A model generated the notes under the pieces. The model saw only the letters and a list, made by a program, of their open reading frames with translations. It did no database searches and was not told the DNA's origin. A program made the translations under genes and the position numbers. This document shows positions 23,975 to 38,900 of a stretch of DNA of 64,000 nucleotides, piece after piece (positions within the stretch are counted from its first letter, which is position 1; every line of letters starts with the position of its first letter). The DNA is from Balanoglossus misakiensis (taxonomy: Eukaryota > Animalia > Hemichordata). The DNA is taken from NCBI GenBank assembly GCA_040954595.2, contig CM082576.2, positions 15,857,028 to 15,921,027 on the forward strand. The letters run 5' to 3'.

Positions 23975-26900
23975 ATGACGGTTTTTATGAAAAACTCATT
24001 TCCATTATTACTATCCTTTGTGTGGATGCTCGGTTTCCAATGCAGCCAAACAGGTATATATAACCATCTTATCTTACATTAATAGTATAATAGATAAAGA
24101 TAGACAACTTTGAGATATGTTGACGATGATCTAACATGTTCAACCTATTTTTAAATAGTAGTAGAACGTTACGCTTGACACATTCATGCAGTTTGATTAT
24201 CCTATGCAAGGAAATATACGTACTCCAAATATTATTGATGGTAAAATTGCCACCTACATTTAGGGCACATTTCAATGCGATATCAGAAGCACTTTTCATG
24301 TTTAGATGCACCTAAATAGTTGATCATGGTCTAGGGGCCACGGCGGCGTCCCTTGAAGTGCTGTTTTATGTGAATTTTCAAATGCTGGAATCGAAGGTAC
24401 ACTTGGTGGCTGTCATTTTCAGATTAGTTTGGAAGTAAATAAAACAAATGAGAGCGATATAGCCGATTCCACGATATATTTAAGTTTTAACACTCCGTGA
24501 TTTCGCTGTTAAGCTGATTTTCTGAACATCAGAGGAAATTCGAAATCGATGACTTGAAGTCGTGTAACTGTTCTGGTTACGTAACGAGCAAAGGTAGTAT
24601 GTTGACTTAGGCATCGCAAGATCTGAGATACTGTGTACATTGTAAATGTAAAGGTTCCCGAGAAGGGAAATTGATATCTTCGATAGCAAACAAAACAATA
24701 TCAAACGTGGCCTTTGTGCACATTCGATGTAAGCTCGTTTGAGATAACCCACTTTTATGATACTGAGTTTTGAGCAATTGAGACTCACTGTAATCATTTC
24801 ATGCTAGCGATCGTACATGGAGTAAATGATGACAGCGAGTACGGTGCTTATGTAACGAACGAAGTGACCGGCACTGAAAGTACAGAGCAAGCGACAGGCG
24901 ATTTTGCGACTGCCGAAGACGAAATTGCTGTAACCAGCGATGCCACTCCCTATGACGTCACAACCGAAGCAGGTACGTGCCAGTCCTGTCCCTTAAACAA
25001 GCTGTGTTTGTTTTAACGATCACAAACTCACTATTTAATTACTTAGTGAAAGGCACTAGACAGCACTGATGCACTGATGATCGGTATTGATTTCTATAAA
25101 CAAGAAATTAGGAGTTTAACCAAACATGTAGCTATTGTGCTCCATATCACGAAGACTCATGTGTAGTTCGTCCTGTGGCACGAGAATATCCCCGTATAAA
25201 TTGCCTATCCACGTGAAATCTCCCAGGGCGTGGCGGACTATGGAAAATGGTCTATTGTTGGCAGTTGTGTATTATCCGAACTTGGAGATGTCACCAATCG
25301 TTTCTCATACACTCCGGCACGTACCACCAAAGCATTTCCCCCAACTTGATAATGTACGTAGTTGAGGATAGGAATGTCTCTATACAAATATCACTGGTTC
25401 AGATTCAATGGCCGGGAATGTCGTCTTATTTAACCACCTGCGGCACATTATCGGTCGTGACAAGCAGAGATCTTCCGAACATACCAGCGTCATTGTAGAG
25501 TCTCTCAACCACTGCGAGGAAAAAAAACTCGAGTTATATACGTGTTTTTTGCTCCTCCAAATGCGTGACCGATAATAGGTGGGTCATTTTCAACATTTCT
25601 ACCAGGAAATGTCATTTGATTATTGCTCTCGTTTTATTCAGACGTGGTGGAACCCCCTGAGTGCAGAGAACCTCGGCGCCGGCAAAACGGTATCCTAGTG
25701 ATATTAGGCGATCAAGACCACCCTTTAACCGAGGGTACAAATGCTACTCTACAGTGCTTCGACGGGTTCACAAGAGTTGGACCAGAGTTTTCCACCTGCT
25801 GGCTTGGTCGATGGCAACCACCGCTGTGGCACATGGATTGTCTTGGTATGGGTTTCATTACTTTCAACTTTGAATCTAAGAACGCTGATTCTGATTATGG
25901 TCATTGTTGAATGTGTAACACATTCTCTATATATACCATCTTTTCAGAAGCTACCAAATGCTGTGTACCCATTCACCTGAATACGGACAACACTGCCCTC
26001 CCGACCTGATAATGGCAAAATCCGAGTTGCTGTCCCATGACAATATGCAACTTAATAGAATACTGCAATTAGCTTTCAATCATACACGCCTTCTTTTAAA
26101 ATGGAATTTCTTTACCTACAATTTAAGAATGTGCAAACAATTGGATGTCATTTTTCCTGCTCACAGCGTCTTGCCCACAACCCCCTATAATGTATGCCAG
26201 GAATGGCGTATTTTCGGAAACTGGTGGCAGACATGGCGATGAGGTAACACTTCACTGTGACGAAGGCTACACACGCGAGGGACCACCGTCGTCCACGTGT
26301 CGTAATGGCACGTGGTTTCCACCGCCATTTCACATGAAATGTGTCAGTAAGTATTCTAGTGTTATTTGGCCTTTTAATGCAAAATCACAATGAATGTCTC
26401 CACCATTGTTCATATAATGATTATCGTGCCAATTTGCACTGTGGTTTATTTGAGGGCTGTGTTCATGCAAGTGACCCAACCAGGTAATGTCAGGGGTTAC
26501 AGGGTGTGGTCTTGACTAAACATCTTTGACGATTATGGTCCACGACAAATCTCTAGACAACATATGTCCTTAAAATCTAGAATACAATCCAGAATAAAGT
26601 GATCAGGTATAAAATGTCAACAAACAAAATCAACAATCTCCTTATATACCAGAACATTGCATCAACCCTGGAGTACCAAACCACGGCATGCAAGTTGAAA
26701 AGTCGAACTACAAAGCTGGGACATGGGTGGAATTCAAATGTCGACACGGATATCAGCTGCATGGTAATCGATTCAGCAAATGTATCAATGGCAACTGGAG
26801 TTCTCCGGTACCGTCATGCGTTGGTAAGTGTCAGACGGACTTCCTTCAACCATCTATGATTATTTTTCCTCTAAGAGTATTTAAACTAAGAAGTGAATAC

Positions 26901-29900
26901 TTACTTCAGAGAAAATACAAATAAATTAAAGCTGCAAGCAGCATTGAATGGACCCAAGCAAACAGAGGTAATCATGACAAAATGGATGGGTTACATAGCT
27001 CATGTAACTTGTACGACTTTGCGAATTTTGGTGATTTTGTCATTTTGGACATTTTTCATGGGTTATAGCTCATGAAAATCATCAAAAAATGACAATTTTT
27101 CGACTTTGCGAATTTTCAAAATTTCCTTATTTAAAAAAAAATTATGGTTTATAGCTCATGAAAATCATCAAAAAATGAGGTCACCCAAAATTTGGGATAC
27201 AAATTTTGACTCCATATTGGTCCATGTGCAACAAAAACCAGACTTTTAACCCTTTTGGTTAGCCTGCAATTCGGTATGCACACAATTAATGAGTTAAGTA
27301 GGTGTCACAGGTGACCCCCAAATTTGGCTTTTAATTTTGGTCCCATGCTGCTCACTGGCCCATTGGCAGTCACTGTCCAGGACCATTGCACATGCCAGAA
27401 TTCCACAATAAGATGTGGACATAGGCCAATTGGTTGGTCCAATGGCCATAAAAAATATGGAAAAAATATTATAAAAATTATCTTCTCAAAATCGACATGG
27501 CCTAGGACCTTCAAATTTGGCATACAGGATCTTGGTCATATGGTCTACAAAGTTTGAGAAAAGAAATTTAATGCCGCCATTCGTATGCAAATTATGTCAA
27601 TTTGAAAAGTTTGATCGGCTATAGCTACAAGGTCACGTGACTAATTACAAATGCAAAGGTTCCATGCACTACTACTCATTGGCCCCAACCTCTGGGCCAA
27701 AAAACGCGTTAGAATAAAAAAGAAAAATGTCAGCAATTACAATAAACATTGTCCTTTTTATTTTTAGGAACATGTCAGCGTCCACCCCTTCCTATTGATA
27801 TTATTGATCACCTGCCCCTCTTTATACTGAACGTACCATCACAGTTTATTGAAAAGTTCCAATACGGAGATGTTCTTTTGCCTGGACTTGGGGGAAGACA
27901 TCCTGATAGGCGTGATCCGGAGGAAGATGGACCAGAAGAGGAGAGACCGGAAGGAGATAGACCAGAAGAGGAGAGACCTGAAAGAGATAGACCAGAAGAG
28001 GATAGACCGGAAGAGGGTGGACCAGAAGAGGATAGAACGGAAGGAGATGGACCGGAAGGAGTTGGACCGGAAGGAGATAGACCGGAAGGAGATAGACCAG
28101 AAGAGGACAGACCGGAAGTAGATGGACCAGAAGAGGATAGACCGGAAGGAGATAGACCTGAAGAGGATAGACCGGAAGATGATGGACCACAAGAAGATAG
28201 ACCGGAAAGAGATGGACTGGAAGAGGATAGACCGGAAGGAGATAGACCAGAAGAGGATAGACCTGAAGGAGATAGACCAGAAGAGGATAGACCGGAAGAG
28301 GATGGACCAGAAGAGAATAGTTCGGAAGGAGATAGACCGGAAGAGAATAGACCGGAGGAAGGTGGACCGGAAGGAGATGGAACAGCACCTGATAGACAGG
28401 AGGATTGGAGTAATGGCGATCAAAATGGAGAGGGGTGGTCGGAAAGGGCATACCCTGAAGTACCTTTCCCAGACTGGCCAGATGATCTATTGGTTCCACA
28501 CAATCCAATGGAAAGCCCTCTTCTTTACCCATTTTTGCCTTCTTTCGAGCTAGGAGGAGGGGAAGATCAACCCGATCAGCAACCACCAGGACAAGATGAT
28601 CAATCGCTGGGGCGAGGAGAAGGGGAGCACGATGAGGGAGACCCACATGAACAAGATGTCCCACAACCTGATCATCAGCCACCGATCGGTCTACCGCAGT
28701 TACCCTTCCCTGACTTGCCTGATGGTATCCTTGACCTTCCTCCAGGTATTCCAGACAGTATTTTCCCAAACAATCCATTAGAAAACCCAATGGATAATCC
28801 AGATCTCCCCATGGATCCACAACTGCCATTTCTACCGGAAATTCCTGAATATGGACCAGGGGAGTTTCCCGAAGGAACAAAACTGTTCTTCGAATGCGAA
28901 CCAGGAACATTTCTTGTTGGGATGGAAGTTCTCCGGTGCCATAATGGACGTTGGAATGGAGTGGTTCCGATTTGCATTGGTATGTACATGGATATTGGCT
29001 TTTATCAGTGGGGCAATCTTGAATTTAGTGGTACTTCTATTATGAATTATTTCCTCATGACATAGCAAATTGTTTTTTAAAATAATCTACAAGACTGGAT
29101 ACATGCCCTTAATCTAAATGATTTTTGGATTCAAAATCGGATTGTGTAAGTCAATACGCATATTTCTATGTAAACATAAATAACATCCTTTCGATATCCT
29201 TATACATTTGAAATCAGCATTCCTATGAAATTCATACTGTATTTTTGCACCATCCAATGAACATAATTATTTGTGTTTGACAGGGAACTGTCCTAAACTG
29301 AACAAACCTTTACATGGAATGTTTTCAAATACAAGTGGTAGAAATGGTGATAATGTAACAGTTCGATGTGATGAAGGATACACGCTGATTGGTAAAAACT
29401 CATCAACGTGTAACAATGGTACTTGGTTTCCTCATCTGTCAAACATGACCTGTGCACGTAAGTATAGTTTGATGTTGTTTGATTTGGCGAAAGCCACAAC
29501 ATTGATCTATATCCTTATACATTTGAAATCGTCATTCCCGTGAAAATTATGGTGTATCATTCCATTTACTTCCTAGGTAACTGCCCCAAACCAAATGAAA
29601 CCCAACATGGTGCCTTCGCGCATACAAGTGGGAGACACGGCCATAATGTAACTCTGGAGTGTTATTATGGATATGCCCCAGCACCACACGATTCCTCAAC
29701 ATGCCAACATGGCATGTGGGACCCACCGCTGTCTCATTTGAAATGCCTTCGTGAGTTATACATATTTTCCCTTCTCAGGGTGTTATTCTCAGAAAAAAAG
29801 TCTCCAATGAGATATACATAAGTGTAAAGCAGAACAAATGAACATCAAATAAATATAGTCAATGTTGCATTCAATTTCAAAGTGGAAAACATTCTTATGT

Positions 29901-32900
29901 GCATCTATTTGAGATACAGTTGGCATGTGGTTCTTTTACCAATGGTGAGATTGGCAAAGAACTCTATATTCCGTTTAAAATTTCATTAAGTTTATATGTA
30001 TGTCATAATGTTATACAAGTAACTATCTTTTTACCTAAAAGGGCACTGCCGGGACCCAGGAGAACCGCGGAATGGTATGCAGGTTGGCGAATCAGACTAC
30101 AAAGCAGAATCATGGGTTGAATTCAAATGTCGACATGGCTACCAGCTTTACGGTCACTCCTTTGTCAAATGCATTGACGGCAACTGGAGTTCTCCAATTC
30201 CGTCGTGTGTTGGTAAGAAAACATTTACTTTGTAAAATTACTAGTGAGTTGACCAAAAGTGAAATGTTTCACCCAAAACGATACATTACAATGTGTTCAT
30301 CGCAAATGCTTTGCATAATAATGACTTTCTTTTTTCACAAGGAACCTGTTACATTGAACCTCTTCCACAAGACCCCAATGCCAATACTCCTGATGTTGAA
30401 GTCAACATACCTCCACAATTCATCGGACATGGTGATAATGGAGAATCAATGAAACCCAGCGACATGCTTGGATATTGGCCTGGGTCAGACACCGAAAACG
30501 TTAACGAATCTTGGTTGAAATCATATGTGATGCCGCCTGGTGGTCAGTATCCTAGGCAAGATAACAATCAACCTGAGCAAGATAGCTACCAGTCAGGTGA
30601 CCAGGATCTTGGACAAAACGACCAACAAGCCAGTGAACAAGGGTTTGGCGATATGCCCTCTGATGGACATTCTCTCCAGGAAGATGGTGAAAGACCAAGA
30701 CCAGAAGACCAGCAACCAGATAACCAAGACATGGGAAAAGAAGATACACTACCAAGTGAACGAGCAGCGGGATCAGGGAGTACGCCACCTGGTGGCCAAC
30801 AGCCAGACCAGGTTGAGGACCAACCTGGACAAGAGGAACTTAATCCAGACCTAGAACAAGGAGATCAAAAACCAGACGAAAACCCTTATCCAACCCCAGA
30901 GTGGCCTGCACATGGAGACACCCCTTTCCCACTGGAAGTGCCTCGGTATGGCCCAGGCGAATTTCCCGAGGGGACAAGTCTAGAATTTGAATGTGGACCA
31001 GGAACATACCTTTTAGGCATGGCAGCAATCACGTGTCATGATGGGCAATGGACTAATGTGTTCCCTGTTTGTAAAAGTGAGTAGTCATTTATTGAGTTTC
31101 TGATTTGACACATTCATATATGTATGCATATATCATTATATGGTTACAGTTTGGCTCATAATCACTGATCGTAATTTTTGTCTAATTATCTGAAGTTATG
31201 CACAAGGGATCGCTTTTGAAATTATGGTCTAAAGAATCAAAATATCTCATCTTACAGACATTATGACAGAATCCCCGGATGAAGCAACGACCGAGGCCGT
31301 CGACTTTGAAACGACAGAGGACATGTCACGTGATAACGATGATGAACCCAGGGAAGAACCTCTTCCAACATCACCAATTCCTGTGACGAAACCCACGTGC
31401 CCTCCCGCAGCAACTAATGAGGGTTCCTGTACAAGAACCATCACTGGTCCAGCTTTCAGTTCAACCCTTGTCATTGAAGACGGCTTGGACTGGGACGAAG
31501 GCATGAGTGATCCCACTTCATGTACATACAAAAACGCCTCTTCTGATCTTGGATACAAGGTATCGAACGATTAAACTGAAGCAATCAGTTCTTAAATTGT
31601 ATTTACTAACAGTTCTAAAGCTAGTAGCACTAGTTGGTCCGTGTGAATGAGCTAGAAATCAATCACGTTATGTTTTTCGTTTCAGTTGGCCCAGATTTTT
31701 AATGCCAGCTCGCTGACTGATGCATTCGACTGTATCAAGATCGACTCGTTCAGGTAAAATATTTCAATTTCACTCACACAAATCACGACATGAACATCAG
31801 CACGCACATGAGGAAATAAAAAACAAACGAATCGCATCAAACAATATGGCAGCTAGTGTGAAGCGCCCTCAGTCGGCATGAGTCAGACTTAGGTATTCTA
31901 ATGCATGCAGCGATATACATTTTATAGAAGTCTTCTTTCCAAGGCAATATGAAACGCAAATCGCCGAAACTAAGTAACCTTTTTGGCGCCAACAGCCAAG
32001 GAAGTGTAGAAGTGAACTACAAAGTGGTATTTGAAGAGGAAGCGGAAGTGACGGAGACAGACGTACAAGCTGCACTGTCTGAGGGGTTGAATAAGACGGA
32101 CGTCTTTCAAGATTTGACAATCGACGTGGAGGAGATTGTTTTTGTCGCTGTCGGTAGGTATAAAATCTTGTTTTCCATCATTGCAATAATGGACGTTGGA
32201 ATGGAGTGGTTCCGATTTGCATTGGTATTACATGGATATTGGCTTTGATCAGTGTGGCATTCCTGAATTTAGTGGTAGTTCTACTATGAATTATTTCCTC
32301 ATGACATAGCAAATTGTTTTTTAAAATAATCTACAAGACTGGATACATGCCTTTAATCTAAATGATTTTTGGATTCAAAATCGGATAGTGTAAGTCAATA
32401 AACGTATTTCTATGTAAACATAAATAACATCCTTTCGATATCCTTATACATTTGAAATCAGCATTCCTATGAAATTCATACTGTATTTTTGCACCATCCA
32501 CTGAACATTATTATTTGTGTTTGACAGGGAACTGTCCTAAACCGAACCAACCTTTACATGGAATGTTTTCAAATACAAGTGGTAGAAACGGTGATATTGT
32601 AACAGTTCGATGTGATGAAGGATACACACTTATTGGTAAAAACTCATCAACGTGTAGAAATGGTACTTGGTTTCCTCATCTGTCAAACATGACCTGTGCA
32701 CGTAAGTATTGTTTGGTGTTGTTTGATTTGGCGAAAGCCACAACATTGATCTATATCCTTATACATTTGAAATCAGCGTTCCTTTGAAATTCATACTTTA
32801 TTTTTGCACCATCCACTGAACATAATTATTTGTGTTTGACAGGGAACTGTCCTAAACCGAACAAACCTTTACATGGAATGTTTTCAAATACAAGTGGTAG

Positions 32901-35900
32901 AAATGGTGATAATGTAACAGTTCGATGTGATGAAGGATACACGCTGATTGGTAAAAACTCATCAACGTGTAACAATGGTACTTGGTTTCCTCATCTGACA
33001 AACATGACCTGTGCACGTAAGTATAGTTTGATGTTGTTTGAATTGGCGAAAGCCACAATATTGATCTATATCCTTATACATTTGAAATCGTCATTCCCGT
33101 GAAAATTATGGTGTATAATTCCATTGACTTCACAGGTAACTGCCCCAAACCAAATGAAACCCAAAATGGTGCTTTCACGCATACAAGTGGGAGACACGGC
33201 CATAATGTAACGCTGGAGTGTTATTATGGATATGCCCCAACACCACACGATTCCTCAACATGCCAACATGGCATGTGGGATCCACCGCTGTCTCATTTGA
33301 AATGCCTTCGTGAGTTATACATATTTTCCCTTCTCAGGGTGTTATTCTCAGAAAAAAAGTCTCCAATGAGATATACATCAGTCTAAAGCAGAACAAATGA
33401 ACATCAAATAGATATAGTCAATGCTGCCTTCAATTTCAAAGTGGAAAACATTCTTATGTGCATCTATTTGAGATACAGTTAATGTGGTTCTTTTACCAAT
33501 GGTGATGTATATCTACGTTAGCCACTTGTCATACGAGAGAAAAAATGGTTTATTAAACGCGAATTTGAATATGAAGAATAAGAATATGAATCTGTATGCA
33601 AACGTTTAATGGGTATCTTTAACAGGTAGCTGTCCTATGCCACATAATGTGGCGAATGGAGTTTTTACACAAACAAATGCAAGACATGGTGAACATGTTA
33701 CACTGCGTTGTGATCAAGGATACTCCACAGTGGGTCAAAATGCTTCCATGTGTAAAGATGGATGCTGGCATCCTCCACTACCTGAAATGAAATGTTTAAG
33801 TAAGTAATTGATATTTGTGAATGAACTTTAACGAAATCACTCGAAATAAGTTATGGTGAATAATATTCCCATGTTGTGACGTCACATGTTGGCGAATGCA
33901 CGCGAATAATACAGAAAAATGATGAGATTGGCACAGAACTCTATTTTCCGTTTAGAATTTTATTAAGTGTATATGTATGTCATAATATTATACTAGTAAC
34001 TATCTTTTTACTTTAAAGGGCACTGCCGGGACCCAGGAGAACCGCGGAATGGTATGCAGGTTGGCGAATCAGACTACAAAGCAGAATCATGGGTTGAATT
34101 CAAATGTCGACATGGCTACCAGCTTTACGGTCACTCCTTTGTCAAATGCATTGACGGCAACTGGAGTTCTCCAATTCCGTCGTGTGTGGGTAAGAAAACA
34201 TTTACTTTGTAAAATTACTAGTGAGTTGACCAAAAGTGAAATGTTTCACCCCAAATGATACATTACAATGTGTTCATCGCAAATGCTTGGCATAATAATT
34301 GCTTTCTTTTTTTCACAAGGAACCTGTTACATTGAACCTCTTCCACAACACCCCAATGCCAATACTCCTGATGTTGTAGTCAACATACCTCCACAATTCA
34401 TTGGACATGGTGATAATGGAGAATCTATGAAACCCAGCGACATGCCTGGATATTGGCCTGGGTCAGACACCGAAAAGGTTAACGAATCTTGGTTGAAATC
34501 ATATGTGATGCCGCCTGGTGGTCAGTATCCTAGGCAAGACGACAATCAAGCTGGGCGAGATAGCTACCAGTCAGGTGACCAGGATCTTGGACAAAACGAC
34601 CAACAAGCCAGTGAACAAGGGTTTGGCAATATGCCCTCTGATGGACATTCTCTCAAGGAAGATGTTGAAAGACCAAGACCAGAAGACCAGCAACCAGATA
34701 ACCAAGACATGGGAAAAGAAGACACACTACCAAGTGAACGAGCAGCGGGATCAGGGAGTACGCCACCTGGAGGCCAACAACCAGACCGGGCCGAGGACCA
34801 ACCTGGACAAGAGGAACTTAATCCAGACGACCACCAAGAAAACCTAGAACAAGGAGAGCACAAACCAGACGAACACCCTTATCCAACCCCAGAGTGGCCT
34901 GCACATGGAGACACCCCTTTCCCACTGGAAGTGCCTCGGTATGGCCCTGGCGAATTTCCCGAGGGGACAAGTCTAGAATTTGAATGTGGACCAGGAACAT
35001 ACCTTTTAGGCATGGCAGCAATCACGTGTCATGATAGGCAATGGACTAATGTGTTCCCTGTTTGTAAAAGTGAGTAGTCGTTTATTGAGTTTCTTATTTG
35101 ACACATTCATATAAATATGCATATATGGTTACAGTTTGGCTCATAATCACTGATCATTATTTTTCTAATTATCTGAAGTTATGCACAAAAATGCACAAGG
35201 GATCTCATTTAAAATTATGATCGAAAGGATGTACCCTTTCCTCAAGAATCAAAATATCTCATCTTACAGACATTATGACGGAATCCCCGGATGAAGCAAC
35301 GACCGAGGCCGTCGACTTTGAAACGACAGAGGACATGCCACGTGATAACGATGATGAACCCAGGGAAGACCCATTTCCAACATCACCAATTCCTGTGACG
35401 AAACCCACGTGCCCTCCCGCAGCAACAAATGAGGGCTCCTGTACAAGAACCATCACTGGTCCAGCTTTCAGTTCAACCCTTGTCATTGAAGACGGCTTGG
35501 ACTGGGATGAAGGCATGGGTGACCCTACTTCATGTACATACAAAAACGCCTCTTCTGATCTTGGATACAAGGTATCGAACGATTAAACTGAAGCAATCAG
35601 TTCTTAAATGGTATTTACTAACAGTTCTAAAGCTAGTAGCACAAGTTGGTCCGTGTGAATGAACTAGAAATCAATCACGTTATGTGTTTCGTTTCAGTTG
35701 GCCCAGATTTTTAATGCCAGCTCGCTGAATGATGCATTCGACTGTATCAAGATCGACTCGTTCAGGTAAAATATTTCAATTTCACTCGCACAAATCACGA
35801 CATGAACATCAGCACGCACATGAGGAAATAAAAAACAAACGAATCGCATCAAACAATATGGCGACTACTGTGAGGCGACCTCAGTCGGCATTACGTATTC

Positions 35901-38900
35901 AGACTTAGGTATTCTAATGCATGCAGCGATATACATTTTATGGAAGTCTTCATTCCAAGGCAATATGAAACGCAAATCGCCGAAACTAAGTAACCTATTT
36001 TACGCCAACAGCCAAGGAAGTGTAGAAGTGAACTACAAAGTGGTATTTGAAGAGGAAGCGGAAGTGACGGAGACAGACGTACAAGCTGCACTGTCAGAGG
36101 GGTTGAATAAGACGGACGTCTTTCAAGATTTGACAATCGACGTGGAGGAGATTGTTTTTGTCGCTGTCGGTAGGTATAAAATCGTGTTTTCCATCATTGC
36201 CACAATTGGCGTTGGAATGGAGTGGTTCCGATTTGCATTGGTATGTACATGGATATTGGCTTTGATCAGTGGGGAATCTTGAATTTAGTGGTAGTTCTAT
36301 TATAAATTATTTCCTCATGACATAGCAAAGTGTTTTTTTAAATAATCTACAAGACTGGATACATGTCCTTAATCTAGATGATTTTTAGATACATGCCCTT
36401 AATCTAAATGATTTTTGGATTCAAAATCGGATAGTCGATAAGCATATTTCTATGTAAACATAAATAACATCCTTTCGATATCCTTATACATTTGAAATCG
36501 GCATTCCTATGAAATTCATACTGTATTTTTGCACCATCCACTGAACATAATTATTTGTGTTTGACAGGGAACTGTCCTAAACCGAACAAACCTTTACATG
36601 GAATGTTTTCAAATACAAGTGGTAGAAATGGTGATATTGTAACAGTTCGATGTGATGAAGGATACACGCTTATTGGTAAAAACTCATCAACGTGTAACAA
36701 TGGCACTTGGTTTCCTCATCTGTCAAACATGACCTGTGCACGTAAGTATTGTTTGTTGTTGTTTGATTTGGCGAAAGCCACAAAATTGATCTATATCCTT
36801 ATACATTTGAAATCGTCATTCCCATGAAATTTATGGTGTATCATTCCATTTACTTCACAGGTAACTGCCCCAAACCAAATGAAACCCAACATGGTGCTTT
36901 CGCGCATACAAGTGGGAGACACGGCCATAATGTAACGCTGGAGTGTTATTATGGATATGCCCCAGCACCACACGATTCCTCAACATGCCAACATGGCATG
37001 TGGGATCCACCGCTGTCTCATTTGAAATGCCTTCGTGAGTTATACATATTTTTCCTTCTCGGGGTGTTATTCTCAGAAAAAAGTCTCCAATGAGATATAC
37101 ATCAGTCTAAAGCAGAACAAATGAACATCAAATAGATATAGTCAATGCTGCCTTCAATTTCAAAGTGGAAAACATTCTTATGTGCATCTATTTGAGATAC
37201 AGTTGACATGTGGTTCTTTTACCAATGGTGATGTATATCTACGTTAGCCACTTGTTATACGACGGGAAAAATGGTTTATTAAACGCGAATTTGAATATGA
37301 AGAATAATTATATATAATTCCCCCGTATTTCGAACGAGTGTGCCTGCGTCGCGGACGAGTGATTCCCCGTATAGCGGCCGTATCCCTCCGAGCCGCAGGC
37401 GAGGAGGGATACAGCTATACGGGGAATCACGAGTGAGGAATACGGGGGAATTATATGTTTATCACATACATAGATCCGCTAATTTTGATTTTCAAATAAA
37501 TCTCTTAGTGGTTGCGATAAAATTTGGAACTATTTTGTGCAAAATTGAAGATCGATGTTATGCGGTCTATCTATCAGGTGACTCAGGTCACGACCTGGAC
37601 GATTCTGGTTTTGGCGATGACCCGTCTGTCGTGCGTCAGCTGGATTTCATCGTCCGTTAAGGTTTCACTGGAGCAGGAAACCTCTCTTATGCCTTTTGCT
37701 TTATGACTAGACCGTTTTGCTCTAATCGTCGCATCAAAATTTTTGCGAATACTCAGTTTTGTACCTGTCGCTCGTTCGACAACGCGACGACATTGGCTCA
37801 GCACTGACGACCTCGCGACAGTTTTGGTGCCGGTTGGTGCGATAAAAATGTACACAGGTAAAATTCCCATGTTGTGACGTCACATGTTGGCGAATGCACG
37901 CGAAAAATACAGAAAAATGATGAGATTGGCAAAGAACTCTATTTTCCGTTTAAAATATTATTAAGTGTATATGTATGTCATAATGTTATACAAATAACTA
38001 TTTTTTACCGAAAAGGGCACTGCCGGGACCCAGGAGTACCGCGGAATGGTATGCAGGTTGGCGAATCAGACTACAAAGCAGAATCATGGGTTGAATTCAA
38101 ATGTCGACATGGCTACCAGCTTTACGGTCACTCCTTTGTCAAATGCGTTGACGGCAATTGGAGTTCTCCAATTCCGTTGTGTGTGGGTAAGAAAACATTT
38201 ACTTTGTAAAATTACTAGTGAATTGACCAAAAGTGTGATTCATTACAATGTGTTCATCGCAAATGCTTGGCATAATAATGGCTTTCTTTTTTTCACAAGG
38301 AACCTGTTACATTGAACCTCTTCCACAACACCCAAATGCCAATACTCCTGATGTTGTAGTCAACATACCTCCACAATTCATTGGACATGGTGATAATGGA
38401 GAATTAATGAAACCCAGCGACATGCTTGGACATTGGCCTGGGTCAGACACCGAAAACGTTAACGAATCTTGGTTGGAATCGTATGTGATGCCGCCTGGTG
38501 GTCAGTATCCTAGGCAAGATAACAATCAACCTGGGCGAGATAGCTACCAGTCAGGTGACCACGATCTTGGACAAAACGACCAACAAGCAAGTGAACAAGG
38601 GTTTGGCGATATGCCCTCTGATGGACATTCTCTCCAGGAAGATGGTGAAAGACCAAGACCAGAAGACCACCAAGACATGGGAAAAGAAGATACACTACCA
38701 AGTGAACGAGTAGCGGGATCAGGGAGTACGCCAACTGAAGGCCAACAACCAGACCAGGTTGAGGACCAACCTGGACAAGAGGAACTTAATCCAGATGACC
38801 ACAAAGAAGACCAAGAACAAGGAGAGCAAAACCCAGACGAAAACCCTTATCCAACCCCAGAGTGGCCTGCACATGGAGACACCCCTTTCCCATTGGAAGT

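Noticed and set aside
25948-26130. Extra sushi exon after a good acceptor
   Set aside because: In-frame stop and no sushi Cys/Trp pattern
27839-28910. Long antisense and alternative-frame ORFs over the PEEDR repeat
   Set aside because: Shadow ORFs of a stop-poor 15-bp coding repeat
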